Source: a virus
Lineage: Duplodnaviria; Heunggongvirae; Uroviricota; Caudoviricetes
DNA length: 64,000 nt
Direction: 5' to 3' (one strand)
IMG/VR virus record: IMGVR_UViG_3300032516_002776
Location: 51,048 to 115,047 of that record
How positions within the stretch are numbered: the stretch's first letter is position 1; each line of letters begins with the position of its first letter. Positions 28,727-36,266 of this stretch are shown piece by piece. Made by a program: the position numbers and the translations under genes. The notes under the pieces were generated by a model. That model ran no database searches, was not told the DNA's origin, and was given only the letters and a program-made list of their open reading frames with translations.

Positions 28727-29332
28727 TTATTTCTTAAATATAATAAATTTATACATTCCTTTTCCTGCTCCCCAATAAGATTCTAAATTTGTATTGTTGT
28801 TTATTTCAATATACTCTTTAGTTTTTGTGTTATAAACAAATGGTTTGAATTTTTTGTCTAATACATCTGATATCAATTTTTTCCAAAATAATTTTCCCAT
28901 GGGTGTATGAGATTCGTCGGATGATATGAATTCATAATTTTTTAATATATATTCTAATATCCAATATCTAGCCAATCCAAATGTATGTTTTTCTTGCCAT
29001 ATGTTTTTTGAAGATATACCAATTTTATTATCTATTTTTATTTCTTCAAATTCATGAATTAAAGCAATGTGGGATTGTTTTTCAACTAATAAATTCATAA
29101 AAATCATACCATCTTCAATTGTTTTGTATATTCTAAAATTTTGCTCTCCGTTTTTAAATATCCCAATTAATTTATCTCGTTTTTCTATTTTTTCTGCTTC
29201 TCTTCTGTTTAAAACAGGATCTGAATCGAATCGGTTTAAAAATTGTGGGACATCGCTTGGGGATTCTATCATAAGATTTGATATACCATATATTTCTTTT
29301 ATGTATTTTTTATAATTTAATTTATTTTTCAT
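28727..29332 (-). CDS. hypothetical protein (201 aa), flanked by 29-bp direct repeats
   Basis: The whole ORF lies between the two repeat copies, so it looks like an inserted cassette. No recognisable catalytic motif. Confidence 0.45.
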   Translation of the reverse strand: MKNKLNYKKYIKEIYGISNLMIESPSDVPQFLNRFDSDPVLNRREAEKIEKRDKLIGIFKNGEQNFRIYKTIEDGMIFMNLLVEKQSHIALIHEFEEIKIDNKIGISSKNIWQEKHTFGLARYWILEYILKNYEFISSDESHTPMGKLFWKKLISDVLDKKFKPFVYNTKTKEYIEINNNTNLESYWGAGKGMYKFIIFKK

Positions 29333-29358
29333 TTCTTTATTTTATATTTCCAGATATA

Positions 29359-29387
29359 ACCAAATAACTTATAAATGGATTATTCAT
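29359..29387. repeat. 29-bp perfect direct repeat, copy B
   Basis: Identical to 28696..28724. On the minus strand it encodes MNNPFISYLV followed by 6 divergent codons and a stop, which is a gene-start fragment. Confidence 0.8.
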
Positions 29388-29388
29388 A

Positions 29389-29622
29389 TTACTCTTTAAT
29401 CTTTACAAAATGATGCTCGACGGTTAATGGCGCAACACAACTAAACTTTTCTGTGTAGAGATATTCACCGTCGATGGTGACACCATCCCCATATAGACTA
29501 CCCTCACCGGTATCAAGAGCATCTGCTATATGTTTTACAATTCTTTCTTGCTCTTGATTAGTTGGCTGTCTATCCAATTCTATTGTAACAATTATATCTA
29601 ATTTCATGCTCATATTATACAC
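29389..29622 (-). CDS. hypothetical protein
   Basis: 77 aa. It overlaps the upstream gene by 8 nt. Confidence 0.4.
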   Translation of the reverse strand: MYNMSMKLDIIVTIELDRQPTNQEQERIVKHIADALDTGEGSLYGDGVTIDGEYLYTEKFSCVAPLTVEHHFVKIKE

Positions 29623-30937
29623 TGCTACTTATTGGTAACACAATTTGTGGGTTAACTATTTTCTTTAGTTTTGGTAATATGATTTTTTGCTCCGTGGGAA
29701 ATTCTGGTATATATTTGTCCAAGAGAGCATGAAATGCTTTGTCCATTTGTAACAAACTAAACTTTTCCATGTTTTCTACACGAAGATTTTCAGCCTTTTC
29801 GAGCAATTTTTCATAATTATCAATCAAACCCTTCATCTTTCTTCCGGCTTGTTCGTAATTTACATTAAACCATCCGGCTTCTCTTATAAGCCACTCATTT
29901 GCTGATTCTGGTGGAATCTGCTTTATTTCTCCAGTTAATAAATTTGTATATTGTGGATTTAAAAAGTCAAGGTGGCCACTCCAATTTGATGCTAAGATAG
30001 GCTTTCCACTTAATGATGCTAATAGTAATGGATGACCATAACCTTCTCCGTGAGTAAAATTGACATGTGCTTTAATTTTTTTATGATTATACAGATAATT
30101 CATCTCAGCGTCGGTTAGATCGCCATGTAAAAGATATATTTGTGGTAAATTGTCTCCACCCACTTCTTTTTTGATTCTGTCAATCTTATCTAGTATTTCA
30201 TATTTGTCTATTTTAGAAAATGATACACCGCTTGTCTTTAAGACTAGAGCGGGTTTCTTCTTTTCATCTCTAAATGTAGTTAGGAAAGTTTTTATCAGAT
30301 TTCCTATGTCTTTTCTGTCGTTATAAAGACCGGCGTTATGTGTCCATTGACCAACAAAAAGAAAACAAAAATCTTCTTTTATTGCATCTAACACGACATC
30401 AACACTATTAATTTTTTCGTCTACTTTTTTATAAACCTCTGTATTTGCTCCCCAAAATAAAACTTCCATTGGTTTTGTTGATTTTAAATCTTCTGATTGT
30501 CCTGTCTGATTAAATGTTTTCTTATATGATGTCTTTAAAAAAACATCCTTGACAAAATTACTTAACACAAAATTGACATCCATTTTATTAAGTCCTTCAA
30601 TCCATTCTGGCTTAGGAACAGTGGTTTCAATACCTGCCGTCATTCCTATGTTTACTTTACCAACGCCATTAAATTCGTTTGGTATGCTTATTTGTATATA
30701 AACTTCTGGTTGCTTAGGTAATGGTCCCCTTAATATTTGATTAAATAAAAGTTTTTCTTGCTCATCTTCTAAATCATCAATAGAATGCTTTGTTGGACAG
30801 CCACCCCATCGTGTTGGCACTATTTTTAAATCAAATTTATCATAACGCAATAAAGATTTAGCAATAGCCATACTCCAATCACCATAACCACTTCTTGTAA
30901 ACAACGCGGATTGTAAAATGCAAACAGGTTTATTCAT
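29615..30937 (-). CDS. GT-B fold glycosyltransferase (GT4-like)
   Basis: The C-terminal HGEGYGHPLLLASLSGKPILASNWSG matches the GT4 nucleotide-sugar-binding block EGFGxxxlEAMAxGxPVIASxxGG. Confidence 0.5.
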   Translation of the reverse strand: MNKPVCILQSALFTRSGYGDWSMAIAKSLLRYDKFDLKIVPTRWGGCPTKHSIDDLEDEQEKLLFNQILRGPLPKQPEVYIQISIPNEFNGVGKVNIGMTAGIETTVPKPEWIEGLNKMDVNFVLSNFVKDVFLKTSYKKTFNQTGQSEDLKSTKPMEVLFWGANTEVYKKVDEKINSVDVVLDAIKEDFCFLFVGQWTHNAGLYNDRKDIGNLIKTFLTTFRDEKKKPALVLKTSGVSFSKIDKYEILDKIDRIKKEVGGDNLPQIYLLHGDLTDAEMNYLYNHKKIKAHVNFTHGEGYGHPLLLASLSGKPILASNWSGHLDFLNPQYTNLLTGEIKQIPPESANEWLIREAGWFNVNYEQAGRKMKGLIDNYEKLLEKAENLRVENMEKFSLLQMDKAFHALLDKYIPEFPTEQKIILPKLKKIVNPQIVLPISSSV

Positions 30938-30939
30938 AT

Positions 30940-31233
30940 TTATTTTCCAATTTTTTCATCCATAACTCTAACATAAGAGGACTCGACTTTTAAATTTATA
31001 TCTGCTTTATGCTCTGTTATAGGTTCTTTATCAACCATCATATAGAATATCATTCCAATCTTGTGTGGAGATTTAAATTCGTCAAGTTGGTTACTAATTC
31101 CCGCTTTAGAAAAAAGAGAACCTGTAGAATTTGTTGTATCATTTCGAATACTTTCCACTTCTTTTGTTATATTGTAAAAATATTCCACTAATTCTTCTTT
31201 TGTGCCTTCAATTATTTTTTTCTCATTAATCAT
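30940..31233 (-). CDS. hypothetical protein
   Basis: 97 aa, operon-internal. Confidence 0.35.
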   Translation of the reverse strand: MINEKKIIEGTKEELVEYFYNITKEVESIRNDTTNSTGSLFSKAGISNQLDEFKSPHKIGMIFYMMVDKEPITEHKADINLKVESSYVRVMDEKIGK

Positions 31234-32207
31234 ATCTTTATTTCCTTTATTTGTTTTTCTATTTCTTCTGTGTTAATTTTTGGTATATCAAATCCCATAC
31301 TATCAAATGGCATTTTATGACCCACATGTTCAGCGTTAGTATGTAAACTAAAGCGTGTGGTTGGTTCAAAATTCTCAAGAGTATAATCCATGCCCTTTAT
31401 AAATTCTTCACACATATGCGGTGCATTAATATTGCCCTCATTCAATGCCCAGCGTCTGCCTTCTAAACCACATTTTTCTCTCTGTTCCTTAGGCATCAGA
31501 TACCAATACATAATTGCTTCCGCGACATCTTCCCACTTACACACATCATCAAAAATATATGGTGTTGGCGGCGAACCTTGAATATAACGGGTTGAAGGCC
31601 ACACCGGTTTTGCCCAAACTCCACATTTCTTATATTTTCCTACATTATTAGTTCCAAAATTATAATCAAATTCAACGGGCTTACCATCATCATCTATTTG
31701 ACCAATTTGGTCTTGTAAACCGCCAGTAACATTAACAATGACGGGAACGCCAGCCATTATAGATTCTCCGCAGGACAACCCAAATCCTTCATTGGAAGAA
31801 ATATTTGCGGTAACATCGGCTAAATTATACAAAAGATTCATTGCTTCTGGTAAAAACTTATCTTCAGTTACGACAATAGTATAATCGGGTGATAATGCTG
31901 AATGAACAACTGGCAAATCTGTGCCTGCATCCAATATTTTTTCTGTGTGTAATACTAATGCACACTTAGACGCTTGCTCTTTTGTAAGATTATCACAGAA
32001 TGCACGAAATGCTAACATTAATTGGGCCGTTCGTTTTCTGTTAATGTTTCGGCTGTTATAAAATACAACAAAATCATAACTTTTATTCCCAAACATTTTC
32101 TTTTTCATTTCAATAAGTTTTGGGTCGGTTTTATGTATTGGTTTAAAAACCTTCGGATTAATTCCGTGGGGCAAATATTGTAATAAGTGTTTTCCTTTTA
32201 TTGGCAT
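31230..32207 (-). CDS. GT4-like glycosyltransferase, C-terminal domain only
   Basis: It starts with a GT4 inter-domain linker (LPHGINPKVFKP) and contains SNEGFGLSCGESIMAGVPVIVNVTGG. No N-terminal Rossmann domain is present. Confidence 0.5.
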   Translation of the reverse strand: MPIKGKHLLQYLPHGINPKVFKPIHKTDPKLIEMKKKMFGNKSYDFVVFYNSRNINRKRTAQLMLAFRAFCDNLTKEQASKCALVLHTEKILDAGTDLPVVHSALSPDYTIVVTEDKFLPEAMNLLYNLADVTANISSNEGFGLSCGESIMAGVPVIVNVTGGLQDQIGQIDDDGKPVEFDYNFGTNNVGKYKKCGVWAKPVWPSTRYIQGSPPTPYIFDDVCKWEDVAEAIMYWYLMPKEQREKCGLEGRRWALNEGNINAPHMCEEFIKGMDYTLENFEPTTRFSLHTNAEHVGHKMPFDSMGFDIPKINTEEIEKQIKEIKI

Positions 32208-32218
32208 ATATAATTCCT

Positions 32219-32722
32219 TTAATCTAACGGCGCTTGTTCATTTTCAAGCTCTTCTACAAAAAACTCATTGATTGAACTTCTTTCTTCTTTTGTCAATGGA
32301 GTTTGTTTTGGAAATTTATCCAAGACATCTTTGAAATCCTTAGAAATTTCAATAAATGTGGTCTTATCTGTCTCACAAAACATTTTTTCAATTTTTATGT
32401 ATAATTTATCTGGAAACTCCTTCAAATAATAATCGAATGCTGGACAAAACCAAGCAACTAAATTTGTTTTTTCACATACATAATATGCACCAATCTTTAA
32501 TCCTTCAGGATTAACCTTTGTAAAGATAGTATCATAAGCAGGAATTTCTTCGGCTGAAAATAGAAAATTTACAATTGTTATTTTTTGGTCATTAATCATT
32601 TTATCAATTATGACAGGAAATCCAAAAGGCAATGCTTCTTCTTTGACACCCATGTACATGTCATCAAAAGACCAACCTTTATTGTGTCGGTATAACTGAA
32701 TTTTATGTGTGTTGTTATTCAT
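32219..32722 (-). CDS. hypothetical protein
   Basis: 167 aa. It lies between the two halves of the split GT-B. Confidence 0.4.
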   Translation of the reverse strand: MNNNTHKIQLYRHNKGWSFDDMYMGVKEEALPFGFPVIIDKMINDQKITIVNFLFSAEEIPAYDTIFTKVNPEGLKIGAYYVCEKTNLVAWFCPAFDYYLKEFPDKLYIKIEKMFCETDKTTFIEISKDFKDVLDKFPKQTPLTKEERSSINEFFVEELENEQAPLD

Positions 32723-32957
32723 GAATTTTTTTAGGATAAACTTCCCATGTTTTTAGTGTTTTATCTCCTAAAATTATACTTGCTTGTATTTTATTATTGA
32801 TGTCGTCTGTCTCCATAACAAGTTTTAAATCAGGAAGCAGTCGTTCATATTTTTCTTCTTCATATACAATATTAATATCCTTTATATCTACAACTGTATT
32901 TCCACACCGTACAAACGAACCTGCTGCTGGTCCCCATTTATCTATTTTCTTTTTCAT
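32715..32957 (-). CDS. hypothetical protein
   Basis: 80 aa. Confidence 0.35.
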   Translation of the reverse strand: MKKKIDKWGPAAGSFVRCGNTVVDIKDINIVYEEEKYERLLPDLKLVMETDDINNKIQASIILGDKTLKTWEVYPKKIHE

Positions 32958-33493
32958 TTTATAATCTTTCCATGCTCATCGTATTCGCCTTCAATAGTCC
33001 GACAATTTTCAGGTCGCAGAACCCATTTATTAATATTATAAGTTTGCTTACTAATACTAAACAATGTGTCACAGCTCTCATAAAATGGCCGATTCCACAT
33101 CGGATAGGGAATGTCATCCCAAATATTTAAATAAGTAATCGGTATTTTCGTTCTGATTTTTCTCTCTAAAATATATAACCAATGCCAATAACGCGGGTCG
33201 GTAAAATGTAACAAAGCATTCGGCTTTTCAATATTCATTACTGCCATCAATATATCTTCATTGCCATAACCATCCGTAGGATATAGTTTCAAATATGCAT
33301 CACTTACACCGGTTTCCGCTTCAACTGCTTTTGACATATCTATAACTTTGCCTGTTTCTGGATGCTTAACACTTCCGGCAATTTGTACCCAATCATAATG
33401 ATGGATTGTTCCAAATACAAGTTCCTTGCTTTGTGCTGCTATTCCAGAAAAAAAGCGTATGTCATCTGCTAGTAATAGTATTTTCTTTTTCAT
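32954..33493 (-). CDS. GT4-like glycosyltransferase, N-terminal domain only
   Basis: MKKKILLLADDIRFFSGIAAQSKEL... resembles the Glyco_trans_4-like N-terminal domain. 179 aa, with no nucleotide-binding C-domain. Confidence 0.4.
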   Translation of the reverse strand: MKKKILLLADDIRFFSGIAAQSKELVFGTIHHYDWVQIAGSVKHPETGKVIDMSKAVEAETGVSDAYLKLYPTDGYGNEDILMAVMNIEKPNALLHFTDPRYWHWLYILERKIRTKIPITYLNIWDDIPYPMWNRPFYESCDTLFSISKQTYNINKWVLRPENCRTIEGEYDEHGKIIK

Positions 33494-33499
33494 AATTTA

Positions 33500-33694
33500 T
33501 CAGTCCAATAAAAGTTTTTTTGTTTCTTGTTTTTCTTCGACTTTCTTGCTGCCAGAAATGAATTCATTAATACTTTTTTCAACAACCCAAGTCAGTTTTT
33601 GCCCAGATTGCCCACAAAAAGCTTTTAATATTTCATGTAAATCCAATGATATTTGAACGGATGTTTTTGGTGTTTCTTTTTTGTTATTATTCAT
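33500..33694 (-). CDS. hypothetical protein (first gene of the minus-strand block)
   Basis: 64 aa with an AGGAA RBS. A divergent regulatory region lies upstream. Confidence 0.35.
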   Translation of the reverse strand: MNNNKKETPKTSVQISLDLHEILKAFCGQSGQKLTWVVEKSINEFISGSKKVEEKQETKKLLLD

Positions 33695-33708
33695 TTCCTA
33701 ACATATAT

Positions 33709-33738
33709 ATTAGAAAAAATTAGAAAAGATTAGAAAAA
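33709..33738. repeat. 3 tandem 10-bp repeats ATTAGAAAAN in divergent promoter region
   Basis: attagaaaaa / attagaaaag / attagaaaaa, lying between the divergent start codons at 33694 (-) and 33774 (+). Confidence 0.7.
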
Positions 33739-33773
33739 TAATATTTATAAAATTTGATTTTGTATATATTATT

Positions 33774-34076
33774 GTGAAATCTGGGTATCTGTATATAATA
33801 ACCAACGAATCGTGGCCTAATTGGGTTAAAATTGGAACGACATTGGACCTAAAGAAGCGTTTACATACTTATCAAACGGGCTCTCCATTCCGAGATTACA
33901 AGATTATTTATTCAATCCATCATCCTGATTATTTGGAAGCGGAAAAAAAGATTAAAGCTATTATGAAGCCATTTGCTTCTAAAATAAAGAACGAATGGTA
34001 TTGTGTAGATTTAAATATGGCAAAGTCTAAATTAGATGAAATTCTTGAGCATTACGGAGAATATAAAGATAAATAA
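33774..34076 (+). CDS. T5orf172/GIY-YIG-like domain protein
   Basis: GYLYIITNESWPNWVKIGTT...RLHTYQTGSPF matches the T5orf172 (MUG113-like) motif GxVYIlxN....YKIGxT....Rl..l.tg.P. It has a GTG start. Confidence 0.5.
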   Translation: MKSGYLYIITNESWPNWVKIGTTLDLKKRLHTYQTGSPFRDYKIIYSIHHPDYLEAEKKIKAIMKPFASKIKNEWYCVDLNMAKSKLDEILEHYGEYKDK

Positions 34077-34093
34077 TACTATTTATATTCAAT

Positions 34094-34294
34094 ATGAATA
34101 AAATACAATTGGCACAGCTAATTAATGAGCAAAATATAAATCCCCTTGTGACAATAGACCAAATAGTAAGCGCAATAGTAAAATATGCCGGTCAAGTCAG
34201 AGACAGGGAAAACATATCATATAAAAAAGCCCGTAGTATGGTCATTAAATGGATTGTAGAAGATTTAAAGATTGCTTCTGAGCCAACCGAGTAA
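34094..34294 (+). CDS. hypothetical protein
   Basis: 66 aa. It converges on the nuclease gene. Confidence 0.35.
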   Translation: MNKIQLAQLINEQNINPLVTIDQIVSAIVKYAGQVRDRENISYKKARSMVIKWIVEDLKIASEPTE

Positions 34295-35203
34295 TTAATC
34301 TTCTTTTCCGTCGCAACGCACTTTATAGTGTGAGCAATATTTGCAATTCTTTCGATTCTTGCCAGGATTCTTATGATAAGTTTCATCAAGTTTATATGTC
34401 CCATCAAGATTAAAGCACTTATCTAAGAAACCAACAAAATTATTTATAGTCTTACTTATAAATTTTTTGTTTTGAATAGGTATAATTCTTTGAATTCTAC
34501 TTTGTGGGAATGCTACATTCTCATACAACTTGCGTTTTAGAATGAAAAACTCAACATCTATTTTTTCAAGAGGCACATTAAATGCTTTGGAGTAAAAGGC
34601 TTTATATAGCAATAATTGTGAAAGTTTGGTTTCATCTTCACGCTCGTATTTATTCCAGCCCATCGTTGAAGTTTTAAAATCAAAAATTTTGTATATGCCT
34701 GTGGTTTTTTCTCTTAAAATCAAATCAATATATGCTATAAATGAAACATTATTTTTGATATCCATTTCCACGGGTATTTCAATTCCAACCAATTCATACT
34801 TTTGGCGTGGGAAGTGTTTCAATCGGTTTGTGGAATTTAAAAATGCTTTGAGAATGTCATCGCCATCATACGAAAATTCTTTGTAGTCATCCTCGGTGTA
34901 AGTTGGTTTACCATCCTGTGTCATCTTTTGAAGCTCAACATCAAACGCTTTTTTGAATATGGCATTTACATCAATGCTATCAGATACTTCAAGACCATCA
35001 GTATATAAACTTTTAAGATATGTTTGTATTGCTTTATGTATTGCTGTTCCAAAGCAAGTATTAAGGCTGTCTTCAAATTGTCGCAGGCCTTTCGCATAAT
35101 CCAAAAACCATTTGTATTCACATTTGTCCCAATTAGAATATTGAGAAAAGCTTACTCTATTTTTTCGTTTTATATCATTCATTCCAATACTTTTACCACA
35201 CAA
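34295..35203 (-). CDS. PD-(D/E)xK nuclease, RecB/Cas4-like with C-terminal Cys cluster
   Basis: Motifs IAYIDLILREK and IFDFKTS (the D...E.K / DYK triad), plus the C-terminal CKYCSHYKVRC. Confidence 0.55.
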   Translation of the reverse strand: MCGKSIGMNDIKRKNRVSFSQYSNWDKCEYKWFLDYAKGLRQFEDSLNTCFGTAIHKAIQTYLKSLYTDGLEVSDSIDVNAIFKKAFDVELQKMTQDGKPTYTEDDYKEFSYDGDDILKAFLNSTNRLKHFPRQKYELVGIEIPVEMDIKNNVSFIAYIDLILREKTTGIYKIFDFKTSTMGWNKYEREDETKLSQLLLYKAFYSKAFNVPLEKIDVEFFILKRKLYENVAFPQSRIQRIIPIQNKKFISKTINNFVGFLDKCFNLDGTYKLDETYHKNPGKNRKNCKYCSHYKVRCDGKED

Positions 35204-35252
35204 CTAAGAATATATCAATTTTTTTCAATACAAATTTTCTATTTATATTCAT

Positions 35253-36008
35253 ATGAAAATTCCCATGAAAATTATTGCTATTATTATACTATTTTTGTTG
35301 GCATCATGCATGTTATTTGGAGCTGAACGGCTAACAAGTTTTTATATCCAAGATTACACGAATGTATTAAAAACGATTGCGGTGCAAAGTTTAGTTGCAG
35401 GAAAAACTTACAAGTTAGCTCCAGAGCAAGTAAATTTTTGGACAGAAACAAATTCAACAGGAATTATTGCTTATCCAAATAAAGCATTGGTGAAGCTGTA
35501 TGAAAATACTAAATTTTCAATGCATAATTGCCTTATTGAATTTGTACCGGTTAAAACACCATCGCTATTAAAATTAACAAAGAGTAATTATACATTTTCA
35601 TTAATGGATGGTATTATAGATATTCTTAATGATAACACAGAGTCTTTAAATAGTGTGTTGGCAATTCACACCCCGCGTGTAAATTTGTTATTAAAACCGG
35701 GAATGTTTAGAATAATTGTACAGGATAAAACGACTGTGGTTATAGTTAATAAAGGTTCGCTTTATGCATTAAATTTATACGATGATAGGAGACATGAAGT
35801 AAAGCAAAATACCATTGGTATAATAACAACATACATACCGATAGACGGAAATGCATATTATATTAACAAAGCAGCTATAACAGAAAATATTATGCCTGAA
35901 ACAGATATTGCAAAAATGGACTTAGTTTATCAGAGCTTGACAAATGCCAATAATGGTGTATCATTTGCAGTGGTAGATGATGAAATTATTGGTATCAAGA
36001 CAAAATGA
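35253..36008 (+). CDS. putative lipoprotein
   Basis: Signal peptide with a lipobox: MKIPMKIIAIIILFLLASC. Confidence 0.5.
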   Translation: MKIPMKIIAIIILFLLASCMLFGAERLTSFYIQDYTNVLKTIAVQSLVAGKTYKLAPEQVNFWTETNSTGIIAYPNKALVKLYENTKFSMHNCLIEFVPVKTPSLLKLTKSNYTFSLMDGIIDILNDNTESLNSVLAIHTPRVNLLLKPGMFRIIVQDKTTVVIVNKGSLYALNLYDDRRHEVKQNTIGIITTYIPIDGNAYYINKAAITENIMPETDIAKMDLVYQSLTNANNGVSFAVVDDEIIGIKTK

Positions 36009-36232
36009 AAAAAATAGATTTTTCAGAATTAAAAGATGATGAAATAGAGTTGTTGCTTGGAATTGTAAATGTACTATATCCGACTCCAGAAATAGAATAC
36101 ACCTCTGACAACTTGCATTGGTTAAAAGAAGAAGCCTTTGTTAAAAAAATTGTGACTGCACAGGAAAGCGTTATTGAAGAGCACAAACCCATTTATATTT
36201 CGCTCAAAGAAAAACTTCAAATAAAATCTTGA
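36005..36232 (+). CDS. hypothetical acidic protein
   Basis: 75 aa with an ATGA overlap. Confidence 0.35.
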   Translation: MKKIDFSELKDDEIELLLGIVNVLYPTPEIEYTSDNLHWLKEEAFVKKIVTAQESVIEEHKPIYISLKEKLQIKS

Positions 36233-36256
36233 TGTTAACTTTATTTTCGGTATAAT
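36229..36256 (+). promoter_or_regulatory. sigma70-type promoter TTGATG-N16-TATAAT
   Basis: It lies 10 nt upstream of the DNA polymerase ATG. Confidence 0.45.
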
Positions 36257-36266
36257 AGGTTATACA

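Noticed and set aside
12382-33656. About 20 short + strand ORFs inside the minus-strand glycan island, for example 12382..12822, 14686..14871, 18287..18661, 22715..23098, 27969..28196, 29067..29315, 31009..31191 and 33426..33656. Also 27959..28192(-).
   Set aside because: All are antisense to or out of frame with genes that have clear enzyme motifs. Uninterrupted antisense ORFs are expected in AT-rich DNA. There is no independent support for them.
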